Shown here piece by piece: positions 1 through 9,315 of a DNA stretch of 64,000 bases. The stretch's first letter is position 1; the number at the start of each line of letters is the position of its first letter. Made by a program: the position numbers and the translations under genes. This stretch comes from an uncultured Chloroflexia bacterium (GTDB lineage Bacteria; Chloroflexota; Limnocylindria; Limnocylindrales; CSP1-4). The notes beneath the pieces are model-generated. The model had not been told where the DNA came from. It ran no database searches and worked only from the letters and a program-made list of their open reading frames with translations. The stretch spans positions 5,666 through 69,665 of the forward strand of contig CAVOWV010000001.1 in the NCBI GenBank assembly GCA_963700245.1. Direction: 5' to 3'.

Positions 1-317
1 CGCCTCCAACGTCGAGCAGGTCGGCGCCGTCCGCCACCATGCGGCGCGCCTGTTCGAGCGCCGCCTGCGGTGGGGTCGGCTGCCGCGAGGAGGCCGTCCC
101 CGGCGAAGCTGTCCGGGGTCACATTGACGATCCCCATGATCCAGGTCCGGTGACCCCAGTCAAGCGTCCGGGGGCCGACCACCATCGGCCGCGGGTCACC
201 GGGCAGGCCGGACCCGGCGTCGACCGGCAGCGAGCGGGACGGCGTCGCCGCGCCGCCACCTTCGTCGGGGCGGGCACGGACCACACCCAGCTCTTCGGGG
301 AGGTGCCGGTCGCTCAT
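1..317 (-). CDS. folP: dihydropteroate synthase, N-terminal part. The gene runs off the window start. One apparent frameshift near 65-75.
   Basis: Own minus-strand translation from ATG at 317 gives MSDRHLPEEL...LDWGHRTWIMGIVNVTPDSFAGDG. The adjacent frame then gives QAALEQARRMVADGADLLDVGG. These are classic DHPS N-terminal motifs. The gene starts 18 nt after the folC stop. It is absent from the ORF track because it is split and open-ended. Confidence 0.75.
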   Translation of the reverse strand, partial: MSDRHLPEELGVVRARPDEGGGAATPSRSLPVDAGSGLPGDPRPMVVGPRTLDWGHRTWIMGIVNVTPDSFAGDGLLAAADPTAGGARTGAPHGGGRRRPARRWR

Positions 318-335
318 CGCCAAATCATGCCTCGT

Positions 336-1760
336 TCAGGACACGTCCGGGTCACGCAACGCCGGGTCATCCACGAGCCGTGCGCGAGCCGCCCCGACGA
401 GGTACAGCGAACCGGCCACGACGACGGGGCCGCGGCCCGCCGCCAACGCGAGATCCAGCGCCTCATCCGGGGTCGGAGCGGTACGCACATCCCCACCGGG
501 CAGCGCGGCCCGCCAGATCACGGCCAGGTCCGCGGCGGGCATCGCGCGCGGCAGGTCCAGGGCGGTGCACACGATCGTGGCGCCGGCCAAGGACCGCGAG
601 GCCGCAGCCGCGGCCACGACGGCCCCGACGTCCTTGTCGGCCATGGAGGCCCAGACCACGGTGATCGGGGCCGGAGGCGTCTCGCCCCCGCCGGCGAGGT
701 GCGGGCGGAGGTCATCGAGCGCCTGGGCGAGGGCACGGGCCCCGTCCGGGTTGTGGGCGCCGTCGAGGAGGACCTCGCGCGCATCTGCGGAGCCGGGCAC
801 CCGGGCCGTCACCAGCTCCAGGCGCCCCGGCCAGCGGGCGGCCGCGTAACCCCGGCGCCGCGCCTCCGGCGGTACGGATGCGATTCCCACCCGCTCGAGC
901 GCGTCCAGCAGCCCGTCTGCGACGGCAGCGTTGAAGGCCTGGTGGCGGCCGCGGAGCCCCACGTCCACGGCACCCAGGCGCGGCAGCTCCAGCGTGATCG
1001 CGTCCCGCGACCAGCCGAGGACCCCGGCCGGAGGCGCCACGGCCAGCGGGACGTCCAGCCGGGCGCACCGCCGGCGCAGGATCGCCAGCGCCTCGCCGTC
1101 CGCGCCCGTCACGGCCACATCCCCGCGCTTGACGATGGCCGCCTTCTCGCGCGCGATGTGCGCGATCGTCGGCCCGAGGCGGTCGGTGTGGTCCAGGCCC
1201 ACGTTCGTGAGCACCGCCACGCCCCCGTCCCAGGCGTTGGTGGCGTCCAGGCGCCCGCCGAGGCCGACCTCGACCAGGGCGACGTCGAGGCCCACGTCGG
1301 CGAAGTGGCGGAACATGACGGCGGTCAGGAGCTCGAACTCCGTCGGCGGCCCGAGGCGGCGGGCGATGCGATCCGCTGCCGGCAGTGCCTCGTCGACAAG
1401 CCGGGCGAAGTCCGCCGCCGCGATCGGCTGCGCGTCGACCACGATCCGTTCCCGATAGGTCACGAGGTGCGGCTTGGGAGTCTCGCCAACCCGGTAGCCG
1501 GCCGCCCTGAGGGCGGAGCCCGCCAGCGCGATGACGCTGCCCTTGCCGTTCGTGCCGGCAACCAGGGCGCCGCGCACCGCAAGCTCCGGGTCGCCCATCG
1601 CACGCAGCAGCGCCCGCACGCGCCCCAGCCCCAGGCGGATGCCGTACCGGCCCCGGGCCTCGATCGCCTCGAGCGCCTGCGCGTACGTCCGCGCGGCGTG
1701 CGCGGGTGTCCGCGCATCATGCGCGGGTGGCGGCGGAAGCCGCGGAACGGGGTCGCTCAC
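336..1760 (-). CDS. folC: folylpolyglutamate synthase / dihydrofolate synthase
   Basis: ORF 336..2069(-). Mur-ligase/FolC motifs are present: VAGTNGKGSV (P-loop), VEVGLGGRLDATN, GLDHTDRLG. The most plausible start is GTG at 1760. The part of the ORF upstream of that is Pro/Arg-rich read-through. Confidence 0.9.
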   Translation of the reverse strand: MSDPVPRLPPPPAHDARTPAHAARTYAQALEAIEARGRYGIRLGLGRVRALLRAMGDPELAVRGALVAGTNGKGSVIALAGSALRAAGYRVGETPKPHLVTYRERIVVDAQPIAAADFARLVDEALPAADRIARRLGPPTEFELLTAVMFRHFADVGLDVALVEVGLGGRLDATNAWDGGVAVLTNVGLDHTDRLGPTIAHIAREKAAIVKRGDVAVTGADGEALAILRRRCARLDVPLAVAPPAGVLGWSRDAITLELPRLGAVDVGLRGRHQAFNAAVADGLLDALERVGIASVPPEARRRGYAAARWPGRLELVTARVPGSADAREVLLDGAHNPDGARALAQALDDLRPHLAGGGETPPAPITVVWASMADKDVGAVVAAAAASRSLAGATIVCTALDLPRAMPAADLAVIWRAALPGGDVRTAPTPDEALDLALAAGRGPVVVAGSLYLVGAARARLVDDPALRDPDVS

Positions 1761-2362
1761 TCGCGGGTCAGCTCGTCCTCGTAGAAGACACATTGGTTGA
1801 AGCGCGGCGTGAGGCAGACATCGTTGACGAAGCCCTCGTCGAGGTGGACCCCGCCTCGCAGCTGGCAGCGTGAGATGTTGCTCGGCTGGCGGAGCAGGCC
1901 CTTGAGCAGGTGCGGGGCCTGGATGGGGATCGCCCCGCGCGTGCCGGTCATGTAGAAGTGCGGGCAGACGTTGCGCCGCAGGCTGGGCAGGCCGAAGCCG
2001 CGGCCCGGAGGCATCGAGCCACGCGGCCCGGAAGGGGCGCCCGGGCGTGGCGGGTACGGGGTCACCCACGGCCGGTTCGGGACGGGCATTGGCGCGCGAG
2101 CCGGGGGCGTGGCGGGTGCGCCGGCCATCACCTGGCGCGGATCCATGCCGATGGACGAGCGGGGCGGCGCAACCGCCGGCAGCGGGCGGCGTGGGGGCTG
2201 GTAGGGTCCGCGGGCCTGCATCCCGCCCGTGGCGGCCGACCCGCCCTCGTCAGCCTCGGCGCCGGTCGCGGGTCGCGGGTTCACGCGGGAGATCGGTCCA
2301 TGGCTCCACGAACCGCGATCTCCCGGGGACGGACGTACAGGTCTCCGGTCCCGCGCTTCCAC
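1757..2362 (-). CDS. hypothetical protein with a Pro-rich N-terminal region and a C-terminal ~75-aa four-Cys domain
   Basis: ORF 1757..2362(-). The C-terminus reads NVCPHFYMTGTRGAIPIQAPHLLKGLLRQPSNISRCQLRGGVHLDEGFVNDVCLTPRFNQCVFYEDELTRE. Its TGA stop overlaps the folC GTG start (GTGA at 1757-1760). The start codon is uncertain and I recognise no family. Confidence 0.5.
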   Translation of the reverse strand: MEARDRRPVRPSPGDRGSWSHGPISRVNPRPATGAEADEGGSAATGGMQARGPYQPPRRPLPAVAPPRSSIGMDPRQVMAGAPATPPARAPMPVPNRPWVTPYPPRPGAPSGPRGSMPPGRGFGLPSLRRNVCPHFYMTGTRGAIPIQAPHLLKGLLRQPSNISRCQLRGGVHLDEGFVNDVCLTPRFNQCVFYEDELTRE

Positions 2363-2706
2363 TGATCCCTCGCCTCGAGCGGCCCCGGGGACGGGGCGCG
2401 ACGCGATCGCAGCGTATCACCGGAGGGCGGGCCGAGCCGGACGTCGCCCGTCGGGCCGGACCTCAGCCGCCGAGCCGAACCCGGGATCCCGACGCCGAGC
2501 GCCGATCCGGCGAGGGGCTCCGCCGCGCTTCGTGCGACAATCGAACCCGATGGATCCCCGCCGCGGGGACCGGCCGTCGCAGGTCAGGCCCCGTCCACCC
2601 TCCACCGGTCGGCCCGGCCCCAGTGCGCACGCGTCCGGTGACGCCATCGCCCACACGGCTGAGCGGATACCGCCGCATCGAGCGCCGGAGGGGCCTCCCG
2701 CTGGCG

Positions 2707-3759
2707 ATGAAGGCCCTGCTCGCCGTGTCCATCGTGATGCTGGGCGGCGCGATCCTGTGGGTCGGCAGCGGCCAGGTCGGGCCGTTCATCTCCTCGATGG
2801 TCAAGGGTTTCGGGGGGTTCGTCACGCAGGTCGGGGTCGTGGCGGGCAGCCCGAGGCCCACGGACGCGCCGGATCTGGCCGACGCCCCGTCGATCGAGGT
2901 CCCCGAGAAGCCCTACACGAACCAGGACAAGGTCGACGTCACCGTGAACGTGCCGCCCTCGGTGGCCGGCCTCGAGGACTACACGGTCCGCCTCTACGTC
3001 ACGCTCGAGGACGAGGAGCCGCAGCTCATCGTGGAGGAGCCGGTGGGCGACATCTCGGTCCTGGTGCTCTCGGGCGTCAGCCTCGCCGCCGGCCGCAACG
3101 ACATGCAGGCCGCGATCATGGGCCCGGCCGGGGAGAGCGAACGCTCGGCGGTGGCGACCTGGGTGCTCGACCAATCCAAGCCCAAGGTGAGTGTGATCTC
3201 GCCCAAGAACAACGCGCAGGTCAAGAAGGCCGTGGTGACCATCAAGGGCAAGTCCCAGGCCGGCGCGGAGATCCGCCTCACCAACGCCGCCAACGGCGCG
3301 ATCGCCACCGTGGTGGCCGGCAAGGACAACCTGTGGGAGACCACGCTCGCGATCGCTGACGGCAGCAACGCGATCACGATCACGGCCACGGATCCGGCGG
3401 GGAACGAGAACGCGACGGAGCTCAGCCTGCGCAAGGGCTCGGGCCGCCTCACCGCCGCGCTGACGAGCTCGGCATACCGGTTCAAGGCGTCCAGGCTGCC
3501 CAAGGACATCACGCTCAAGGTTGCCGTCACCGGCCCCGATGGCCGGCGCGTCGCCGGCGCGACGGCGCTGTTCACGATCAGCGTCCCGGGCCTCGAGGCG
3601 ATCGTGTCCGGCGAGGTCCCGACCAACAAGAGCGGGGTGGCGTCGTTCACCACCACGATCCCCGCGGGAGCGACGCCGGGAGGCGGGCTCGCGACGGTCC
3701 TCGTGACATCCGGGAATGGCACCATCACCGATCGCCAGGTCCTGACCATCACCAAGTAG
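2707..3759 (+). CDS. membrane-anchored protein with repeated Ig-like/beta-sandwich extracellular domains
   Basis: C-terminal part of ORF 2047..3759(+). The signal-anchor is MKALLAVSIVMLGGAILWVGSG. It is followed by beta-rich repeats such as VSVISPKNNAQVKKAVVTIKGKSQAGAEIRLTN and ITITATDPAGNENAT. An alternative in-frame GTG start lies at 2638. Confidence 0.7.
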   Translation: MKALLAVSIVMLGGAILWVGSGQVGPFISSMVKGFGGFVTQVGVVAGSPRPTDAPDLADAPSIEVPEKPYTNQDKVDVTVNVPPSVAGLEDYTVRLYVTLEDEEPQLIVEEPVGDISVLVLSGVSLAAGRNDMQAAIMGPAGESERSAVATWVLDQSKPKVSVISPKNNAQVKKAVVTIKGKSQAGAEIRLTNAANGAIATVVAGKDNLWETTLAIADGSNAITITATDPAGNENATELSLRKGSGRLTAALTSSAYRFKASRLPKDITLKVAVTGPDGRRVAGATALFTISVPGLEAIVSGEVPTNKSGVASFTTTIPAGATPGGGLATVLVTSGNGTITDRQVLTITK

Positions 3760-3818
3760 AGCGTCGCCCGCGCAGATTCGCCTCGACAGCCGGGCCGAGC
3801 GCAGCTACGATCCGGGCC

Positions 3819-4310
3819 ATGCCGGTCTGGCGTTGCCCCCACTGCGCCTCTCCGCAGCCGGAGTCGTCCCGCTGCTGGGTCTGTCGCCGATCCACGACGT
3901 CCTGCGCGACCTGTCGGCACTTCCGGCGCGGCGTCGCGGGCGGGCTCGGAGTGTGCGGTCTCGATCCGAGACGCCCCGTTCTCGATGGAAGCGAGATGCG
4001 TGCCTGCTGGACCGCGACACCTCGAGCGACGGAGCCCGAGGAGCGCCGCCTGGTGGCCGTCGGTCCCGGGCGCAGGCACGCTGCCGAACACCATGCGGCG
4101 ACCGGATCGGGGCGTCAGCCTAGAACGTTCGTTCCAGTCGAGCCCGAGGCGGCGGCGACGACACGGGAGGACGCATCGAGCCCGGCCGGCACCACGACGG
4201 ACGCCGCCGTGACGCAGGCCGCGGCGATCTCGCCCGCGACGGGCACGGGCGGGCGGATCCCGGGAACGTGGTGGCTGTGGGGCGACCCCGATCCCTGGCC
4301 GGATTACTAG
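3819..4310 (+). CDS. hypothetical zinc-ribbon (multi-CxxC) protein
   Basis: ORF 3819..4310(+). The N-terminus MPVWRCPHCASPQPESSRCWVCRRSTTSCATCRHF carries CxxC-x10-CxxC-x6-CxxC. The C-terminal half is low-complexity. Confidence 0.5.
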   Translation: MPVWRCPHCASPQPESSRCWVCRRSTTSCATCRHFRRGVAGGLGVCGLDPRRPVLDGSEMRACWTATPRATEPEERRLVAVGPGRRHAAEHHAATGSGRQPRTFVPVEPEAAATTREDASSPAGTTTDAAVTQAAAISPATGTGGRIPGTWWLWGDPDPWPDY

Positions 4311-4392
4311 CGCGACCTCGGGGCCAGCCGCAAGCGCGACCACGGGGTCGGATGTCGGACGGGGCGCCGCGGCGAGGCGCCCCGCCGGTCCG

Positions 4393-6314
4393 TCAGGGAC
4401 AGACGGTCTGCGTCGCCGGGTCCTGGGCCGTCAGGTCGATCGCGGTCCCGACCGGCTGCTTGACGCCCGCCTTCGGATCCTGGGCCGTCACGATCCAGGT
4501 GACCGGGACAGGGTCCGTGCCGGCCGGGTCGGACACTACCGAGCCGAGGGTGAAGCCATCACCGTCGATCAGGGTCGTGGCGACCTCGACCGTGCTGCAC
4601 ACGTAGTCGCCGACGTTGACCGGCGCGGGTGTCGGCGTCGGCGTGGGCTTGGGCGTCGGGGTCGGCGCGGGCGTGGGCGTGGGCGTCGGCGCAGGTGTGG
4701 GCGTCGGGCTGGGCGTGGGCTCGGGGCCGTCGGAGAGGACGTAGTCAACGGGCGTCTCGGGCGCGACCGCGATGCCCGCGCTTGGGTTCTGCGAGATCAC
4801 GGAGCCCGCGGGCACGGTGGGACTGAAGTCGCTCGTCTCGTTCCCGACGGTCAGGCCCTCGCTGACGATCAACTGGAGCGCCTCGCTGCGAGGCAGGTTC
4901 CGGATGTCCGGCACGGGCACCAGGCCCCTGGCGATGGAGACGGTGATCGCGACCTCGGAGCCCTCAGCAACCATCTCGCCCTCGGCGGGGTCCTGCGTCA
5001 GGACGGTGCCCGGCTCGACATCGTCCCGCTCCTCGCCCCCGGCGACCTTGAGGACCAGGCCGGCGCTGGCCGCCGCGGTCTCGGCGTCCGTGATCATCAT
5101 GTCCACGAACCTGGGCACCTCGATGGTCGCCCCGGACGGGGACTCGCTGGGACTGGCGGACGGCTCCTCGCCGCCACCACCCGTGAGCATGCGGAACACC
5201 AGGAAGCCCACGATCGCAAGGATGCCGATGCCGAGCAGGCCGGCGACCCAGCCCCACGGGCTCGAGCCGCCACCGTCGTCCTCGACCTCGCCATCGGCGG
5301 ACGGGGGCGGCGGCGGCGTGCCGGTCGTGGTCACCGGGGCGGCGGGCGGCGCCGAGCGCGCATACGCATCGGGCGGATACGGGACGGCGTTGGGGCGGGC
5401 CTGGGCGCTGGCGACGGTGGCGGCGGCGCCAACCGCCTGACGGCGGCTGCACCGGCTGCGCCGGCAACAGCGGCGGTGCCCGGGGTGGCAGGGTCGGCCA
5501 GCCAGCCCTCGAGGGCGCTGGCCATCGACGCAGCGGAGGCATACCGGGCGGCCGGATCGAGCGCCATCGCGCGCTGGACGATCTGATCGAGCGGAGCCGG
5601 CACGCCGGACCGGATCGCGGACGGGAGCGGCGGCGTCGTGGTCAGGCGGGCGAGCGCGACGGCGGCGGCCCCGTCACCGGAGAACGGACGCTGGCCGGTG
5701 AGCGACTCGTACAGGACGATGCCCAGCGAGTAGATGTCCGACGCCTGGGTCGCGGGCTCGCCGCGCGCCTGCTCGGGGCTGAAGTAGTGGACGGACCCCA
5801 TCGTCACGCCCGGCAGCGTCACCTGCGCATCGTCGAGCGCCCGGGCGATGCCGAAGTCGGCGACCTTCACCCGGCCATCGCGGCCGACGAGGATGTTCGA
5901 GGGCTTGACGTCGCGATGGACGATCCCGCGCACGTGGGCGGCCTGGAGCGCCTTGGCCACCTCGGCGGAGACGCGTGCGGCTTGTCGCGGAGGGAGCGGC
6001 CCGTTCTCGCGGAGGATGGACGACAGGTCCTGCCCGTCGATCAGCTCCATGACGATGTACGGGTCGGACTGCTCCTCGCCGAAGTCGAAGACCGCCACGA
6101 TGTTGGGGTGGCTGAGCGACGCCGCCGCCTTCGCCTCGTCGCGGAACCGCGCGAGGAAGTCCGGGTCGCGCCCGAACTCGGGTCGCAGCAGCTTGACGGC
6201 CACGTCGCGATCCAGCTGCGCGTCGCGCGCCCGGTAGATCGTGGCCATGCCACCCTGGCCAAGGAGCTCGACGAGGCGATACCGCCCGCCCAGCACGCTC
6301 CCGATCTCGGTCAC
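4393..6314 (-). CDS. pknB: PknB-like Ser/Thr protein kinase with a TM segment and PASTA repeats. It is read as two ORFs because of one frame change at about 5415-5460.
   Basis: ORF 5331..6314(-) holds the kinase domain (GMATIYRA, HRDVKPSNIL, DFGIA, SPEQ). ORF 4393..5334(-) holds a TM helix (WVAGLLGIGILAIVGFLVF) and three PASTA-like repeats. The PASTA frame stays open upstream and reads ...QAVGAAATVASAQARPNAVPYPPDAYARSAPPAAPV, a normal juxtamembrane linker. Confidence 0.85.
4622..4726 (-). repeat. low-complexity Pro/Thr-linker coding repeat (PTPSPTPTPAPTPTPTPAPTPTPKPTPTPTPAP) inside the PASTA region
   Basis: Seen directly in the translation of ORF 4393..5334 and as GGCGTSGG-type DNA repeats. 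Confidence 0.8.
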
Positions 6315-6399
6315 CGTCTGCCCGTCTCCCCTCTGTGCCGCGCGCCCGATGTCACGCCCGCCGGCATCCTACCTCAAGGCTTCCGATCCCCCGCCGGCG

Positions 6400-7278
6400 T
6401 CAGATGTCCAGCGAGCGAAGATAGGTGCGGAACTCGCTCCCGAACTCCGGCCGCGCGAGCGCCAGCTCTACCGACGCACGGAGCCAGCCCATCGTGGTGC
6501 CGGCGTCGTAGCGGGTGCCCTCGTACGCATAGCCGAAGACGTTCTGCTCCTCCATGAGCGCCTGGATCGCGTCCGTGAGCTGGATCTCACCGCCCGCCCC
6601 GCGCTGCGTCTGCTCCAGCTTGTCGAAGATCTTGGGCGTCAGCACGTAGCGGCCGATGACCGCGAGGTTCGAGGGAGCCGTGCCGGCGGCCGGCTTCTCC
6701 ACGATGCCGGTCATGCGGTACGTGCGCTCCCTGTCATGACCCGTGTCCACGTGCTCGCCCGCGATCACCCCGTAGCGGCTCGTCTCCTCGTCCGGGACCT
6801 CGGTCACGGCCACCACGGATCCGTGGTGCTGGTGGTAGGCATGGATCAGCTGTCCGATCACCGGGCGGTCCGCGATCAGCACGTCGTCCGGGAGGATGAC
6901 GGCGAACGGCTCGTGGCCGATCAGGTCCTTGGCCATCAGGACCGCATGCCCCAGGCCCAGCTGCTCCTTCTGGCGGACGTAGGCGATCTGCGCGAGGTCG
7001 CTGATGTGGCGGACCTGGCGCAACCGCTCGATGTCGCCCTTCTCCTCGAGCAGGTGCTCGAGCTCGTAGTTGAGGTCGAAGTGGTCCTCGATGGCGCGCT
7101 TCTGCGAGGAGGTGACGATGATGACCTGCTCGATGCCGGCGGCCACCGCCTCCTCGACGGCGTACTGGATCACCGGCTTGTCGACGAGGGGCAGCATCTC
7201 CTTCGGCTGGGCCTTGGTGGCCGGCAGGAAGCGGGTGCCCCAGCCGGCGGCCGGGAAGACGGCTTTGCGGACGCGCAT
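6400..7278 (-). CDS. galU: UTP--glucose-1-phosphate uridylyltransferase
   Basis: C-terminal 292 aa of ORF 6400..7803(-), starting from ATG at 7278. MRVRKAVFPAAGWGTRFLPATKAQPKEMLPLVDKP is the GalU signature. Confidence 0.92.
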   Translation of the reverse strand: MRVRKAVFPAAGWGTRFLPATKAQPKEMLPLVDKPVIQYAVEEAVAAGIEQVIIVTSSQKRAIEDHFDLNYELEHLLEEKGDIERLRQVRHISDLAQIAYVRQKEQLGLGHAVLMAKDLIGHEPFAVILPDDVLIADRPVIGQLIHAYHQHHGSVVAVTEVPDEETSRYGVIAGEHVDTGHDRERTYRMTGIVEKPAAGTAPSNLAVIGRYVLTPKIFDKLEQTQRGAGGEIQLTDAIQALMEEQNVFGYAYEGTRYDAGTTMGWLRASVELALARPEFGSEFRTYLRSLDI

Positions 7279-7363
7279 CGAACCTCTCAGGCGGAGGGAG
7301 GAGAGATGCCCAGTATACCCGTCACCGTCCCGCAACCCGGCGAGCGGGATGGGCCGGTGAGCG

Positions 7364-8188
7364 TCAGCGGCCGCGTACGGCCCGACTCGCGAAGCCGGCG
7401 ACCAGCCGGGAGAAGGTGCCCGGGCGATCCAGGTTCGAGAGGTGCATGGCCCGGGAGATGACGACGTGGCGACCCCGCCGGCACGACGCCGCCCAGTACT
7501 CGCCTCCCGGCCCGAAGACCGGGTCCAGGGATCCGTTGACCACGAGGACGGGGGTCCACAGCCGGCCGAGACGGTCCAGGTAGCGACGCCCGATGAGCAG
7601 GTCGAGCGCGGCGGCCCCGCCCTGGGGCCAGAAGCCGGCGGCGATGATGGGCTCCGCGATCCGCCGCCCGTAGCGCAGCCGGAAGAACGCCCGGTTGGCG
7701 GTGTCTTGCACGTTCGCGGGCGCACGCTCCAACAGCGCGCGGAAGAGACGGTACGGCCAGGACATCGGTCCGAGGGCCTCCCCGGAGCAGCCCGCCAGGA
7801 CAAGCCCGGCGACGTGGTCGGGATACGCCTCGGCGGTGTCGATCGCCACGTAGCCGCCCAGCGAGAGGCCCACGATGACTGCCCGCCCGGAGGGGATCTC
7901 GGCCTCGATGGCCACCCGGACCAGGTCGGACGCCGCCTCGATGGTGAACGGGTGGTCTGCCAGGACGCCGTGACCCGGCAGGTCCACCGCCACGCACCGG
8001 TACGAGCGCGCGAGCCGCCGCAGCTGCGGCGCCCACTGGGCTCGCGTCAGCCGCGTGCCGTGCAGGAACACGATCCCCGGGGCGTCCTGTGGCCCCAGTG
8101 CGGTCCAGGGTCGCGTGTCCGAGATGGTGGGCAGGCCCGCGGACGCGGGGGTGGGACTCGTGGACGAGACGTTCATCGCCACGAGCAT
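7364..8188 (-). CDS. alpha/beta-fold hydrolase
   Basis: ORF 7364..8188(-). It has HG (FLHG) and the nucleophile elbow GLSLGG. The length of about 270 aa is typical for the family. Confidence 0.8.
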   Translation of the reverse strand: MLVAMNVSSTSPTPASAGLPTISDTRPWTALGPQDAPGIVFLHGTRLTRAQWAPQLRRLARSYRCVAVDLPGHGVLADHPFTIEAASDLVRVAIEAEIPSGRAVIVGLSLGGYVAIDTAEAYPDHVAGLVLAGCSGEALGPMSWPYRLFRALLERAPANVQDTANRAFFRLRYGRRIAEPIIAAGFWPQGGAAALDLLIGRRYLDRLGRLWTPVLVVNGSLDPVFGPGGEYWAASCRRGRHVVISRAMHLSNLDRPGTFSRLVAGFASRAVRGR

Positions 8189-8219
8189 AGCGGTGCGGGC
8201 CGCCCGGCGGCCCCGGGCC

Positions 8220-9311
8220 TCAGGGCCGGGGCGCCGACACCTCGCGGGCCTCGCCAGCCGCCTGGTCCCGCCGGCGGGCGCGTTCCCGGCGGCGCGTCGC
8301 GAGGCGGATGTGGGTGAACGGGATGCGGATCTCGCGGAACACCTCGGACGAGACGAGGAACCCTGCGAACAGGAACACGACGCCCAGGAACTTGCCCGCC
8401 TGGAACAGCTCGGTGGAACCCGCCCGGTTGAGGGAGTCCGTGATGGTCGGGAAGAACGCGCCGATCGCGATCAGGATGGTTGCCGGCACCCGCGAGTGGA
8501 GTCGGCCGGCCGCCAGGTCGCGCGCCGCACCCGGCAGCGACACGACCAGGTTGACCACGATCGCGACCGGGGCGATGAGCAGGTTGAACAGGAACTGGTC
8601 GCCCGGCTGGTTCGGGTCGAGCGAGTAGTCCAGCACCCGCTTCTTGGGCATGAAGACATACGCCGAGAACAGGGCCCCCAGGAGCAGCGCCAGCGCGCCC
8701 GGGATGTTCATGACGGGCGTGAGCAGGCGAAGGTAGCCCGGCATCGCGTCGCCAACGGGCTGTCCGGTCTCGGGGCTCAGCGCATACCCGGGCGCCGGCA
8801 GCGGCGGTGTGAGGATCATCAGGACGATCGAAAGCAGCGTGACGCCCACGATCGCGCCTGCCGCAAAGCGAGGCCAGGAGTCGTTGCCGAAGTAGGTCTC
8901 GACCCCGATGGCCAGGGCCAGGATCACGGCGCCGATGAGGTACAGCAGCGGCAGGGGACCGGCTCCGGCGTAGGCGGGGTTGTTCCTGATCATCAGGGCG
9001 ACCAGCCCGGACAGCAGCAGGAGCACCGCGTACGTGTAGCCGAAGCGGGTCCGGCCCAGGAGGAAGGCGGTGCCGAGACCCAGCCAGGCTGCCGTCCACA
9101 CGGCACCGGTCAGGTACCAGGCCCGGTACAGGGTCTCGTTCCAGCCACTGGCGGCGGCGAGTGCCTCGGCGCCGGTGCCGATCGCGAACCACGTCATCCC
9201 CAGCGCCCAGACGAGCTGGAAGCCCTGGCGCCGCTCACGCCATTGGTCCAGCAGCATGAGGGCGAACAGGAGTGCCAGGAGCGAGGTGATCGCCGGTAGC
9301 AGGGCGGGCAT
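8220..9311 (-). CDS. polytopic membrane protein of unknown function (about 10 TM helices)
   Basis: ORF 8220..9440(-). The likely start is ATG 9311 (MPALLPAITSLLALLFALMLL...). Hydrophobic helices run throughout and the C-terminal tail is Arg-rich. Confidence 0.65.
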   Translation of the reverse strand: MPALLPAITSLLALLFALMLLDQWRERRQGFQLVWALGMTWFAIGTGAEALAAASGWNETLYRAWYLTGAVWTAAWLGLGTAFLLGRTRFGYTYAVLLLLSGLVALMIRNNPAYAGAGPLPLLYLIGAVILALAIGVETYFGNDSWPRFAAGAIVGVTLLSIVLMILTPPLPAPGYALSPETGQPVGDAMPGYLRLLTPVMNIPGALALLLGALFSAYVFMPKKRVLDYSLDPNQPGDQFLFNLLIAPVAIVVNLVVSLPGAARDLAAGRLHSRVPATILIAIGAFFPTITDSLNRAGSTELFQAGKFLGVVFLFAGFLVSSEVFREIRIPFTHIRLATRRRERARRRDQAAGEAREVSAPRP

Positions 9312-9315
9312 CGCG

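Noticed and set aside
39-1784. 581-aa plus-strand ORF covering folC
   Set aside because: The product is Arg/Pro/Gly/Ala-rich with no motif. It is antisense to a clear FolC gene. This is a typical high-GC shadow ORF.
5331-5334. GTGA stop/start overlap as evidence that the kinase and PASTA sensor are genuinely separate coupled genes
   Set aside because: The sensor frame is open and protein-like well upstream of the GTG. The kinase tail is Arg-rich nonsense. Given the many other homopolymer breaks, one indel is the simpler explanation.
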